Of a stretch of DNA of 64,000 nucleotides, positions 26,200 to 39,111 are shown piece after piece. The notes beneath the pieces are model-generated. The model had not been told where the DNA came from. It did not search any database and saw nothing but the letters and a program-made list of their open reading frames with translations. The stretch lies in contig NC_082726.1 of assembly GCF_030144855.1 (NCBI RefSeq), forward strand, positions 36,394,001-36,458,000, read 5' to 3'. The stretch comes from Hypanus sabinus. Taxonomy: Eukaryota. Each line of letters opens with the position of its first letter. The first letter of the stretch is position 1. A program made the translations under genes and the position numbers.

Positions 26200-28000
26200 A
26201 AAGATGTGCAATCGTGTTTGACTGAGTTATCCGAATTGTTAAAGGGGGATATGTATATTGTTCAGGAAAGTTTCTTGAGACAATATACAGAGGGCTCTGC
26301 TCTTGATGATGCAATAATGAACAAGGATGGGCAAGTAACTGAAGTGAAAGTTTGGCTATAGTGATCATAATTCTTAGTTTTAAGATAGTGAATTAAAGAA
26401 TAGGACAGGTCCACAGATTAAGGTCCTAGACTGGACCAGGGCTACTTTTGGGGAAATTAGACTAGATCTAGCAGAGCCCAACTGAATGTGCCTGTTTGAA
26501 GAGAAAGGAACAAATGGCAAATGGGAGGTTTTTAAGTGTTCAGGAGAACATTTTCCTGTTCCTGGGTAAACCTGGAGTGTTTAGGGAATCTTAGCTGACA
26601 AAAGATATTGATGCTTCAGTAAGAAGAACAAGGTAGTATATATTGGGTTTAGGAAGTCAAGATTGAGCCAATCTCTTGAATAGTATAAAAAGATTAGGAA
26701 TACTTGTGAGAGGAAAATTGGGAGAGTAAAGACAGGGTATAAGCTGGATCTGGCAAGTAAGGTTAAGGAAAATGGCATATGGTTCTTTAAATATATTAAA
26801 AGAGTGGTTCGGGAGAAAATTGGGTCTCCTGATAGATTAGCATGGCTGTCTATGTTTTGAGCCACAGGAATGGATGAGATTTCTTCTTGGTGTTTACTAA
26901 TGAGAACATCATGGTTGCTCAAGAGATAAAGAAACAAGTGGAAATATTTTGCCAGAGAGAGCATTAAGGTGGATAAAGCTCTAGGATCTGACTGAGTGTA
27001 TCCCTAGAGTTTGTGGGAGTCTAGAGAGGAAATTATGGAGGCCTTTGGGAAGATATGTGCCTCATAATGATTCACTAGTAAAATTCCTGAGGACTAAAAT
27101 GAGATTAATATTTTTCTGCCAGGATTTGAATAGATAGTCTGATTAGGAGGAGTCAGCATGATTGTCCATGGGAAGTTATACTTGATGAATGTTTTAGTGT
27201 TTTTTGAAGAGGTAATCAAAAAGGTGTATAAGGGTAGGACAGTGCATGTTGTCTATTTGGACTATAGCAAGATGTTTGACAAGGTTCTGCATGATAGGCT
27301 GCTTTGGAAAGTTAAGTCCCATGGAATTCGTGGAGAGATAGCTAGGTGGATTCAAAATTGACTTGGAGGTTACAAGCAGAGGGTGATGGTTGAAGGTTGT
27401 TTTTTGGAATGGTGACCAGTAACCAATGATTTTGCCACGGGTTGGAATTGGGACCCTTGTAATTAATTTTTTATATATGATTTGGATGCAAATGTGTAAG
27501 GTTGGTCAGTAAGTTTGCAGATGACATGAAATTAGGAATGTTGTTGATGGTGAAGAAGTTTATTTGATCATTTATGGACGTGGGTGAAGAGTGAATACAG
27601 GTAAGAATTCTGGAAAGTCAAACCAGTATAGAACTTGTACAATGAATTGTAGAGGATAGGGTATGTAAGTATACACAAGTGCATAGTTCATTGAAAGTAG
27701 GAAGAAACAGTGGTGAAAAAGGAATGTAGCATGCTGGCTTTCATCAGTAAGGGCATTGAGTACAGCAGTTGGGACATTATGTTGCAATTGGTGAGGCTGC
27801 ACATGGAGTACTAGGTACAGCTTTGGTCACCCTGATGTAGGAAAGATGCGGTTAAACAGGAAAGATTTTAGAAAAGATATGAGGATGTTTCCTGGATTAG
27901 AGGGCCTGAATTAAAAGGAGAGGTTGGTTGGTCAGGCTGTCTTTATTCCTTGGAGTATAGGAGAATGAGGGGCAACATTATAGAATATTTAAAGGGGATT
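26200..28000 (+). mobile_element. CR1 LINE ORF2 remnant (EN end to RT)
   Basis: ORF 27158-27361 reads FFEEVIKKVYKGRTVHVVYLDYSKMFDKVLHDRLLWKVKSHGIRG; SKFADD at about 27510; many stops. Confidence 0.85.
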
Positions 28001-28390
28001 AAAAATAATCATGCCATTCCCCTTAATTTTCCAATCATCCTATAAGCTATTCTCTCTCAAATGCCTTTTTGATTCTTTTGCCACTTACCTTTTCATATTA
28101 ACACTTCTTGGGATGCTAGATGAACCTGGAAGATCTGGCAAAAACCCACAGAATCACAGACAGTTTCCGAGCTCAGTATACTTGAGCAATGAGGCAGCAG
28201 TGCTAACTGTTGTAGCTATGCACAACTACACTACAAGCTGGTTGACTTCCTTAGTATGACACAGAGAGAGGCTAGATGACTCATTGGATCCATGGTGACT
28301 CCAAGCAAAGCAATTCCATTAATCCCATTGTCTTTATTTTCCTGAGCTGTAATGTGTATTCTTTCACACATCTGTTACCTCTCCTTTAGT

Positions 28391-28697
28391 GTTGGCACTT
28401 GGCCAAATGGTTAAGGTGTTTGTCTAGTGATCTGAAGGTCGCTAGTTTGAGCCTTGGCTGAGGCTGTGTGTGTATCTTTGAGCAAGGCATTTAACCACAC
28501 ATTGCTCTGCAACAACACCGGTGCCAAACTGTATGGGTCCTTATGCCCTTCCCTTGGACAACGTTGGTGGCGTGGAGAGGGGAGACTTGCAGCTTGGCCA
28601 ACTGCTGGTCTTCCATTTGCCCAGGCTTGCGCCCTGGAAACTTTCCAAGGCACAAACCCATGGTCTATTGAGACTAACGGAGGCCTACTACTGCTAC
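28391..28697 (+). mobile_element. tRNA-derived SINE (tRNA head, CORE-like segment, LINE-derived tail)
   Basis: A box TGGCCAAATGG (28400-28410), degenerate B box AGTTTGAGCC (28444-28453), CORE-like tgtatctttgagcaaggcatttaacc, and a (TAC)n-like tail. Confidence 0.75.
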
Positions 28698-29244
28698 TTC
28701 CCCCTTGATTCTTTTGCTACTTACTACTTATGTACAACGGCACTAATTTATTGTAACCAATTAACTGATAAGAACATTGTTTGGATATGGTAGTAAATAT
28801 ACACAGATTGCACAGACAGCATCCGATGCCGGAATCCAACCTGGTTATTATGCTGACTGTTCTAACTCCTAATTTTTGTCTTATACACTCATCCATTGAC
28901 AGATGGCAGCTTCCTTCCATTTTACAAGACAAACCTTTTTAAGTAGAAGTGTGGTGAAACATTTCCCTGTTTTGTAAATTACAGTTCTTTATACTCCACA
29001 TTGAAGACATTATTGTAAGGTGGTCAAAGATTTGAGTTAATAGATAGTATTGTCTAGGATTGTAAGTTCTGTTCTGATGACTGAACTAAGTAAGGGGGTG
29101 ATTATTTGAACCAAATGCAGGAAATGTAGCTTTAAGCACTGGCACTAATTTCAAGTTGGTGAATGTAAAACTTTTTTTTTAGATAAGTGAGAAAAATTGG
29201 AGTGGGGAAATTGACTTGAGTTTTGACTTAATTACTCTTTCCAG

Positions 29245-29337
29245 GCTCCAAAACAGTATCCTTACAATAACCTTTATTTGGAGAATGGAGGTTCACCCGA
29301 TGAAGAACCAGCCGAAGTGATCCACTATGAAATATGA
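29245..29337 (+). CDS. NDUFB8: NDUFB8 exon 5 (last coding exon)
   Basis: [30 protein letters not shown]; acceptor ctctttccag. The spliced CDS is 567 nt, i.e. 188 aa plus stop. Confidence 0.97.
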   Translation, partial: APKQYPYNNLYLENGGSPDEEPAEVIHYEI

Positions 29338-29401
29338 CCAGATTGCCATGACTGATTGTTGGGTATATGTGAATTTGGAACTGTTCTTGTATGTATAATT
29401 A

Positions 29402-29420
29402 AATAAATAACATTAATAAA
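29402..29420 (+). terminator. NDUFB8: NDUFB8 polyadenylation signals
   Basis: Two AATAAA hexamers (29402-29407 and 29415-29420) start 65 and 78 nt after the stop codon. Confidence 0.75.
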
Positions 29421-30159
29421 ATTGTCGTCATATTTATGAAAGAAGTTCCAGTTTTCAGGATGAATCCAGTAGCTGTAATGGAATAGGTCTAGGTCACAGA
29501 AAATGAATTAATACAAGAGAGTGTTTTATGTTTCCATTGTCTTCCATACTTAAATTACACTTTTGAACTGAATCAGAACTATCAATTAGAGCAGATTTCC
29601 TTGCAGTGGCACTGCTTTTAAAACAACTGTTCTTATTCACTTAGACTATAAGAAATAGGAACAGGTCCATTCGGCCCTTGAAACCTGCTCTATCATTCAA
29701 AATCATCATCATCCATCAATCCTCAAGTCACTTTTCTATTATTTTTCCATGACCTTTGATTTCTTTACTGATTAGAAATCTAAGAATTTTGGGTTTAAAT
29801 ATAATGTCAAGGACTCTGGCCATGCCACTCTCTATGGCAATGAGATCTAAAGACTCCACCCTCTGAGAGAAGAAATTCGTCATCATTCAAGTCTTAAAAG
29901 GGCACACTGTATAATTGGACTGTCCTATGAGAACAAACATCTTCTTAGCATTTTCCCTCTCCAATCCCCTGAAAGTCCTATATTTCATTAAGATTGGTTT
30001 TCATTCTTTTACATTCTGATGAGTAGAATCTCACCACCTTTAATCACATCTCATCGAACAAACCCTCCATACTCGGGATCATCCAAGTATACCTTCTCTG
30101 AACTGCCTGCAATGAAACAATGTCCTCTAAACAGGAAGACTAAAATTATTCATGGTACC

Positions 30160-31110
30160 AAATGGTCAAAGTTGAGTTTATTAGTATATGCACAAGTGTG
30201 TGTCTGCACAAAAATCTTGTAGCAGCATTGCAGGCACATAGCAGCCTACAAGCAGCATTCACAAGAGATTTTTAAAGTAATTATGCACAACTTGTCTAAG
30301 AAGAGAATGCTTAAAGAGAAGTAGTTGTTGAACTTGGCTGTGTGGGACTTCAGACTTCTGTGCCTCCTGACCCTTGGTACCTTTGAGATGATGGCTTGGC
30401 CCAGATAGTGGGGATCTTTGATGGATGTTGCCTCCTTGAGGCAGCACATCCTATGAATTCTACATTGGTGGGAGGTGATGTATTAGGTAAAGTCCACTGC
30501 TCTTGAAGCTGCTTATGTTCCTGCACATTCAAGTTACCATATCAGACCTTGATGCAATCATTCAAGATACTTTTGAAATACATCTGTAGAAGTTAGTGTT
30601 TGGTGACAAGCTGAACCTTCTTAACCTCCTAAGAAGGCAAAGATGCTGATGTGCTTTCCTATTGCAGTTTGGCATTCAATGCTATCATCCCTTCAAAACT
30701 AATCAATAAGCTTCAAGACCTTGGCCTCAATAACTCCCTGTGCAATTAGATCCTTTACTTCCTCTCTTGCTGACGCCAGTCAGTTTGGATTACAAGAACA
30801 TCTCCACAATTTCCATCAGCGCAAGTGCACCACAAGGCTGCGTGCTTAGCCTTCACTCTACTTGCTTTATGCTTATGACCATGTGGCTAAGCATAGCTCC
30901 TATGCCATATTCAAGTTTGCAGATGACAGCACTGTCATAGACCTAATCAAGGGTGATGATGAGTCAGTGTATAGAAGGGAGATTGAATATCAAGCTGAGT
31001 GATACCACAACAACCTCCTACTCAATGTCATCAGGGCTAGGGAGCTTATTATTGACCAGGAGGAGGCAAGTAGAAGTCTATAAGCCAGTCCTCATTGGAA
31101 GATCAGAGAT
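30160..31110. mobile_element. Rex1/Babar-like LINE with inverted 5' segment
   Basis: 30160-30660 is the ORF2 end and tail on minus (KAHQHLCLLRRLRRF...IKDPHY). 30662-31110 is RT core on plus (SLAFNAIIPSKLINKLQDLGL, APQGCVLS, FKFADDSTV). Confidence 0.75.
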
Positions 31111-33544
31111 GGAGTGGGCCAAGGAGGGAGCAGGAAGCACCAGAGAGACATTCTGTAATGATCAATAAACCAATTGCTTGGAATCAAATGACCTTACCTG
31201 TGTTTCAGGGCTGGATGCGTCAGCATCTGTGCCACCTTCTGCCCTGGCACTCCTCTGTCCCACACCTTTCCCACAGTCTTCACCCTTGCCATTCCCAAAA
31301 TCTGCTCCCACCAGACTGAATTACTGCTTTAATTGGAAGGAATGTTTGTGAAAAGGAAAGAGGAAAAAGGGCAGGAGTTGCACCTTCTGAATCTGAAATG
31401 CGGCTGTAGTGAAAGTGCAGAAGGCTTTGATGGTAATTATGTAAAATTGTCTGGATTTTGAGGAACTCCAAGAAGATTGCAGAATGACAAATGTGACACC
31501 AAAATTCAAGAAAAGCCAAACAAAGCAAGAATCAAAATCAATCAGATTTTATATCACTGTTAGGAAGATGATCTTGTAGCACAGTTAGAGATTAACAGGT
31601 ATGATATTGTGATCTTCACTGAGTTGTAGATGAAAGAAAATTATTGCTAGGAACTTCACATCCAAGGATACACATTGTATTGAAAAGACAGGCAGATAAG
31701 CAGAGGTGGTGGGATGACTGTTGGGGAAAAATGAAGTCAGAAGCGTAGAAATGGGTGACAAAGGATTGGAAGAGATGAAATCCTTGTGGGTAGAGTTGAG
31801 AAACTGTAAGGGTAAAGAGACCTTGATAGGAGTTACCTGATTGCAGGACATTGGTGAATGGACAGGGAGCATTGGAAACAGGCTCTTGACATGCAGTTGC
31901 TGAGTGCAAGATCTGGGATCCCAGCAAATGGCAGGGAACATGCGAGTTGGAGCCTTGCTAAGTGGGAGTGAAGTGAAAGAATCCAGTGAGTGCAGCACAA
32001 TATCACCTGGTGAGCCAAGATGCTAAAGCATTGAGATTGCAGATTATCAGATGTACATTACAGCTGGGTGCCAGTGTTGGGGGCTCAACTATTTATAATT
32101 CACTTGACTCAAAGGCACCAAGTGTCCTTAGCTAGACCCCTTCATGATACAAAAATAGTGAGGTTTGTGAATTGTGAGGGGAATACAAAGACCTTGTGAA
32201 GGAACATAAATAGGTCATATTTTGGGGAAAAAGTAGGCAGTTGAGAATATGATGAGTTCATCCCCAGATAGTTTAGCTACAATTCCAAGTATTATGAATT
32301 ATAAGGTTATTTATTTTGGATAGAAGAATCAGAAAGCAAATTTTCAAACAAGGTGAATTTACAAAATGCTGTGGTACAAAGATATCTGGGGATCCCAGTG
32401 CATGACTACAAAAAATCAGCATGAAAGAACAATAGGTAATTAGGAAGATATTCACAATATGTTCTCCTCAACAATGGAAAAACATTAAGATTGAGTGTCC
32501 AGTTTGCAAAACACAGCTACAGTATTTAGTTCAGAAAGATGAATCTTAACCTGCTACCTGCTTTTTTTAGTTTTCCATTCCACTTCCACTCGAATCAGTT
32601 TGTCTTTAGCCTCAACGTTCTCACTTCATGGTTTTGCTTTCTGTTCTTGTTCATCCCCTCTTTGCTACATCCCCGGATAGTTTAGCTACAATTAAACAGC
32701 CATCGTACTCCAACATAATGCCTTCTCTCGGTGTCACCCTATTAGCAAATCCCTTTGTTCTCTCCATTCATCTTTTTTTTCTCTGCAGATTAATTGTTGG
32801 CCAGAAGGAACTACTGTCTACAAATCTATAGATTGGGATTAATCAAGGACAGGGGGTGGGCAGAAATGTAGAACAACATTTGTTTTAGCCCTGGACGAGA
32901 GCTAGTAAGAAGGTGACCCAGGGAGGTCAGGTGACTTTAAGGCAAATGGGATGGAGGTCTGTCAATTCAAATGATGAGGAACACTATAAGGTTCAGGAGC
33001 TCCAAATATGTAAGGGAGACAACTCTCCAGAGAGCAGCCATCACAGAAGTGGAGGATCCAATGGACTCGTGGAGATTGTGACCGTGAGAAACCCCTGGTC
33101 AGCATAGATTCCTTTCTCAGGTGATGCCTTTAATTTTCATTGTTCACGGAAGGTCAGGGAATTCTAGTGGGTATGCACACATGCAGTTAATTTGTGAGCC
33201 CACGTGCTTTTAAACGGAGACACTAAACGCTACTTACCAGTAAACAGATTCTCTCTGTGCCTCTGATTATTATTACAAGGGTCGACAAGTACAACAAAGT
33301 ATATTGAATTTTTTAGCGTTTCGTATTTCTGATGGAATGGAGGGACATGGATGATACACAGGAGATAGACATTTATTATATATTGGCTTTGGGTTTAGCA
33401 CAAAATACGATACAGATAGGAAATAGATACAGTGCATGGCTCCTACGGGCAGAAAATAGATTCATGGCTCCTACACTCATATTGCACCAGCTATTTTTCG
33501 TAACTTATGCCTTGCACTGTACCTCTGCTGTGAAACAATAAACT

Positions 33545-34052
33545 TCATCCGCTCCATCCGCCAAAAGCAGAACTTCTCAGGGGCCAAACATTTTAATTCT
33601 GATTCCCATTCCTGTTCTGACATGTTGGCCCATGGTCTCCTCTAGTGCCAAGATGAGGCCACCCTCAGGGTGGAGAAACAACACCTTATGAATTCCATCT
33701 GGGTAGCCTCCAAACTGATGGCATAAATATTGATTTCTTCTTCCGGTAACAGCCCGACTCTTTTTCCCAATCTGGCCTCTTCCCTTTTCTCACTTTCTGC
33801 GTCCCCTTCTTCTTCCCTTTCTCCTCTCCTATCAGATTCCTTCTTCTCCAGCCCTTTACCTTTCCCAACCAATGGATTCACCTGTCACCTTCTAGCTATC
33901 CTCCTTTCCCAACACCCCCCCCCACCTTTTTATTCTAGCGTCTTTCCCCATTCCTGAGGAAGTCTCTCGGCCCGAAACATCGACTGTTTATTCCTTTTCT
34001 GTAGCTACTGCCAGACCTGCTGAGTTCCTCCAGCATTTTGTGTGTGTTGCAA
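33545..34052 (+). mobile_element. Penelope-like element 3' portion with decayed hammerhead
   Basis: EATLRVEKQHL...HLGSLQTDGINIDF (GIY-YIG region end), then pseudo-LTR ctgaggaagtctctcggcccgaaacatcgactg. An inverted pLTR piece follows at 34075-34150. Confidence 0.8.
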
Positions 34053-34329
34053 CAAATTTAATGATTAACACATTGAAGATGCTGGAGAAACTCAGTTGAT
34101 CAGGCAGCATCTGTGGAAAAATAAACAGTCGACGTTTCGGGAGAGACTCAAATTGTACGATTTATGTCAATAATAATAAACGATTCCCTTCAAACTGTAG
34201 CTTTGATCTTTCTCTCCCTACGAACATTGCCTGACGTTGAGTATTCTCAGCTTTCCATTGTGAAGATAGTTGCTTTGCTTTCAGACTGGGTAAATGGGAG
34301 GGGAAAAATTGACGCTAAACCCCGATGTG

Positions 34330-34770
34330 TCACCAAGGTGGTAGCCACCGGTCACGTGCCCACGACGGAGCGGAGGTTGCGCGCCGGCGCAGTTGCCACG
34401 TCGCGGCGAAGCGGCGTGAGGGAGCGGGTGGCACTTCGGTGTGTGGATTACTGCCGATGTCCCGACGGTAAGCGGCGGCCTGCACGGTGGGGCGTTGAGA
34501 GGCCGGCCGGGCTGCGTGGCGCGGTTGACGCGAGCCAGGAGCGCACAGCAGTGGGCAAGAGGGTAGGCCTTAGTCCCTCCACAGGCCCCGACCCTGCTGC
34601 CCGCCGTATGACAGCGCTAGAGTCTTGAGCGATCTCTTGCTGCTTTACCCGTGGTTCCTGTCCAACTCCCCACAGCCCTTCCTCAGTCATGGAGGCTTCT
34701 CTGTTACGGCTCTGAGAAACTCCCACACCGACAACTTCTCAGCTCCTGTAGTCGAGCTCGGAATCCCCGC
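34330..34770 (+). promoter_or_regulatory. SEC31B: SEC31B CpG-island promoter with probable non-coding exon 1 (donor after 34467)
   Basis: GC/CpG-rich island 4.6 kb upstream of the ATG exon. Strong donor ACG|GTAAGC, E-box GGTCACGTG (34350-34358) and TGCCACGTC (34394-34402). Confidence 0.75.
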
Positions 34771-37126
34771 CTTTTTATAAACTTTAGCATTTGGAATCAC
34801 TGTGCCCTTGTGTTCTGATTCACCAAATATTTCAGCGAACAGCCCAGTCTCTGCGAACCTGAATGGCTTTTAACCTCTCAATTTTAATATATGTATAAAT
34901 ATCTTGGATTTCTGCCTCCAACCTCTCCCAGCTCCAAACTTAGAATCTGATCAAACTCTCATCCCACCCATCAACCCCTCTGCCCTTACCCACTTCACTC
35001 TTGTCCTCTATACTCTGACATTCCTCTTGTCCTAGTGCCTATAATTTGCGCCATTCTGGTCCCTCCCCTTTTCCCAGTCCCACCCTAACCTTCCTCCTAA
35101 ATCTTGTCCTGGTATCCTGGACCCTCAATTCCTCCTTTTGCAAGCCCCCCCCCCCCCCTCCCTTCACCAGCTCATCCTCTCAAAATAATTGCTTCTCACA
35201 TGTAACTGAAATTAAAATCTGGAGTCCCCTTTGAATCTGGGTCTGCATTTATTTCATAATCAATTCCAAATACGGAGTCATTTAATCCCATTCCCATTAT
35301 AAATTATTTCTAAGTTTGTTACATAACCAAAAAATTAGAACTGCTCAGCAGGTTGAGTAGAGGGAAAAGCATTTTATCATTTTGATAGATGACTTTTTAT
35401 CAAAACAAGGCTAAATTAAAAAGCAAATGTAAATTGTGAGAAGAGTTAGTGATGTCGGTGCCAGGTTGGAGGATGAAAGACTGGATGTTACACTGGTGGT
35501 GGTGTCAGTTGAGAGGGACTGCTGAATGGCTTGTTGATCACTGTAAGTTAGTCTGTAAGGAAAATATGTAAATAGAAGGCATTTCTATTGCCTTTTATTT
35601 TAAATTCTCTGTTTAATTTCTATACTGACATTTGTCTTTGATCTTTTACACTGTAGAATGAGATCAGACTAAACTTGTCAGATACAGTATCTTCCATTTA
35701 GAAACATTGCAGCCCTTGGGAATTGATACTGAATTCGAAATTGCAGACATGCAGTCTTTTCAGTTTGTATCAGAGCTGTCAAGTGATGAAAGATCATCGA
35801 ATTGTGACATTAACTCAGATTGATACTGCCTGACTCGCTGAGTATTTCTAGCATTCTGTTTATTTCAGATTTACAACAGTAACATTTTGTGTCTCACTGT
35901 TGAAGCATTGAACTTTGTCTCCTTCCTCAGTAATCCTTCATTCTTTTTCATTCTCTTCCTGATCAATCAGCAGTAAGTTAATAAGCCTTCACAACTGTCT
36001 CGCAGTTGGCAGCACCACCACTAGCTGTATCCTTAAGGCTTTTGGCTCCACCTTAACAACATATCCCCTCTGCTTTTGCCTCCCTTTCTTTGATCTCTTC
36101 ATCTTAAAACATGTTTAACTTCTAACTTTTCTTTGTTTTAATGAAAAATCACTCATCTGTAACTTAGCTGCTGCCTGATCTACTGAGTATTTCTAGAATC
36201 TTTTTTAAATTTTAGATTTACAGCAGTTTGTGGCCTATTGGCAGTTAACACTTAAGTGGTTTTAAAGTTTTTTGAGTAAATACATTTACATACAGTATGT
36301 ATTTGTATATATTTACAGTATTGTGCAAAAGTCTTAGGCACCCTAGATTTTTAATGTAAATGTTGTTTTAGATGTTTATTTTTGCCTCCTGCATTAGTGT
36401 GTCAATAGAAAAGTGCAAATTTTAGCTTTGCAAGCTTTAATTTTCAAAAATGTAAATGTTAGAGAATTTTTTTGTATTTTGTTAAAGAAAGTAACATAAA
36501 AGTAATAGACCACTTTTCAAATAAAAACTTGAAATATATACTTTTTGGGTATATAGCCCATTGCATGATCAAACAAAGATGACATACAGGATGCTAATGA
36601 TCAATGACATGATGAGTTGAATGAACGAACTGATTAACTGAAACAGAAATGGTTGTAGAAGGAATCAAGCTGGGCGAAGGTAGCCAAACTAAAAGGTGAG
36701 GGTGTGGTACCTGTGACAGTCTAGCCTTCAAATCATCAATTCCACACATGGCAAAAGTGAACATAACAACAAGACACAAGGAGGTCACCCTGAATCAGCA
36801 AGGTCTCTTCCAAGTACATATTACAAAGCAGGCAGGGGTTTCAAGATGTGCTGGCCAAACTCTTCTGAAGAAGCACAAAGAAATTGGCAGGGTTGAAGAC
36901 CAGAAACACAGCATTTGAAGCTGAGTGCAGGAGAAGAAAGATACATCAAACTGATCTTCCTTCTAAATCAGAAGAAGTCCACCACTGCTATCAGCTCTGA
37001 ACTCACAGAAACCATTGGAACCCAAGTACACCCCTCTATAATCCAGAGAATTCTTGTCGGAAGTGGTCTTCATAGAAGAAGTTTTGCCAAAAAGCCATTC
37101 CTCCAAAGTGGAAGCAATGCCTAGAG

Positions 37127-37849
37127 CAGGGGTCGGCAACGTTTACCACTGAAAGAGCCAATATGGACCCATTTCCCACAGAAAAGAAAACACTGGGAGC
37201 CACAAAATGAAATAACACTGCATACAACGGTTTTTTTTTTGCCTTTATGCTATGTATAAACAAACTATAATGTGTTGCATTTATGAAATTGATGAACTCC
37301 TGCAGAGAAAACGAAATTACATTTCTGCATGCAACAAAAACATTTTGAACTCCGAAAAAAAAGACGTTGGGTTGAAGGTTACTCCATAGTTAGCCTACCT
37401 TGGATCGAAGAATTAAAAGAATGCGCGCACTGGCGGGTGTCAGGCATTGGCAGTTGTGATGTATATTAATAGCGATAAAAAAACACGTTGTAGCGGTGTA
37501 GCGCTACACGCAGCGCTAAAATAAAGACTGCAGTCAAAGGTAACTTTATTCGAACTAAACAGCCTTGCTTTAAAGCCTCCCTCAACCCACCCCCGTGGGC
37601 GCGGATGCTCCAAAAGACACGTACTCACAAACCCCCGTAGGCTATCTCCCTTAGCCTGAACGGTGGCTAATTGTGAGCCGGTTCGGATGTGCCAGGAAAC
37701 GGTGTCTCCGCAAAGTTTTCAGATTGTACAAGATCACCATAATCTTCAAATTTCGAATTACATTTCAAAAGCTAACAAACCACGGGGAGCCGCATCACAG
37801 AGATCAAAGAGCCGCTTGTGGCTCTGGAGCCGCAGGTTGCCGACCTCTG
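37127..37849. mobile_element. Non-autonomous hAT (Charlie-like) element
   Basis: TIRs CAGGGGTCGGCAAC / GTTGCCGACCTCTG; perfect 8-bp TSD GCCTAGAG (37119-37126 and 37850-37857). Confidence 0.93.
37489..37712 (-). mobile_element. Solo LTR (Gypsy-type) nested in hAT
   Basis: TGTAGCGG...CTCCGCA termini, AATAAA on minus, flanks ACGT/AAGT (4-bp TSD with one mismatch). Homologous to 55100-55333. Confidence 0.75.
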
Positions 37850-39111
37850 GCCTAGAGACTCACCTATGCACAAAAACATAAGGACTGGGGTGCTGAACAA
37901 TGGCAGCAAGTGCTCTGGAGTGAGGGGTCAAAATTTGAAGTTTTTGGCTGAAACAGGAGACAGTTTGTCTGTAAAAGATGTAGTCTGAAGCCAACAATGA
38001 AGCATGCTGGAGGTTCTCTGCAGTTTTGGGGCTGCATTTCTGCAAATGGAGTTAGTGATCTGGTCAGAGTTAACGGAATTCTCAATGCCAAGAATTACAG
38101 GCAGATTCTCATCCATTGCGCAATACCTGTCAGGGAGGCATCTGATCAATCCCAACTTCACTCTGCAGCAGGACAATGACCCCAAACACCTGGTCAAGGT
38201 CATAAAGAGCTATCTTCAGTGAAAAAAAGAACAAGAAATTTTGTATGATCTCCACAGTGCCCTGATCTCAACACCGTCGAGGCTGTCTAGGACTATCTGG
38301 AGGTACAGAAGCAAATGAGACAACCAAAGTCTGCAGGGGAACTGTGACAAGTTCTCCATGATGCTTGGAAAAACCTACTAGCCAATTTTCTTTAAAAATT
38401 GCATGGCAGTGTATCTAAGAGATTTGATGCAGTTTGAAAGGCAAAGGGTTTTGATTATACACCAAATATTGAATTGATTTAGCTTTTTACTGTTTACTGC
38501 TCTTTTAGTGCTTTTTTTTGCTATTTAGAAACTTCGTTATTTTGAAAGCATCTTCTCTTCACTGAATATTTTTATATGTGCTAAAGACTTTTGCACAGTA
38601 TTGTATATAAGTGTGTCTGTATGTGTATACAGTACTGTGCAAAAGTCTTGGATGTGTGTGTATATAAAATATAGCTTTACATATACATACATACAGGTTT
38701 ATCCTTGCACTCCTGATACTGTGAACTCTTGCCTCCTTTTAGCACAGCTACTAAGAAGCTGACTAGTTCCATCTCGAGGAATTCATTTTTCAAAATTAAT
38801 ATCTGGGCATAATAGCAATAGAAGATCAATAGATTAATAGAAAATCTAGTCTACACCATCTAGGCAAATGGATGTCAGGATGATGGAGGGATGTGGTCAT
38901 GGTGTGGGGAGAAGGGATTAGTGTTTGGGTGTTTTTGATTTGCTTTTTACCTGGTGTGGCACAACTTTGTGGGCCGAATGGCCTGCTCCTGTGCTGTACT
39001 GTTGTCTGTTTTCTGAATGATGGTAAATGACCCTGATGAAAGCATTGTTCACTTTCTAATATTGGGCAGTTTGTCATGATCACTTTTTTTGTTTCAGGTT
39101 AATAAGATAAA

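Larger units (their letters stand above)
36316..38603 (+). mobile_element. Tc1-like DNA transposon, inactive, interrupted by a hAT element
   Basis: TA flanks; TIRs CAGTATTGTGCAAAAGTCTTAGGCAC / GTGCTAAAGACTTTTGCACAGTATTG. Transposase pieces 36748-38472 (KLSAGEERYIK, MKHAGGSLQFWGCIS, LQQDNDPKH). Confidence 0.92.

Noticed and set aside
28391-28460. Possible tRNA gene
   Set aside because: Degenerate B box, no cloverleaf, and it continues into a SINE body.
34164-34726. 154-aa and 92-aa ORFs over the SEC31B island
   Set aside because: GC-driven open frames without homology; they cross a strong splice donor.
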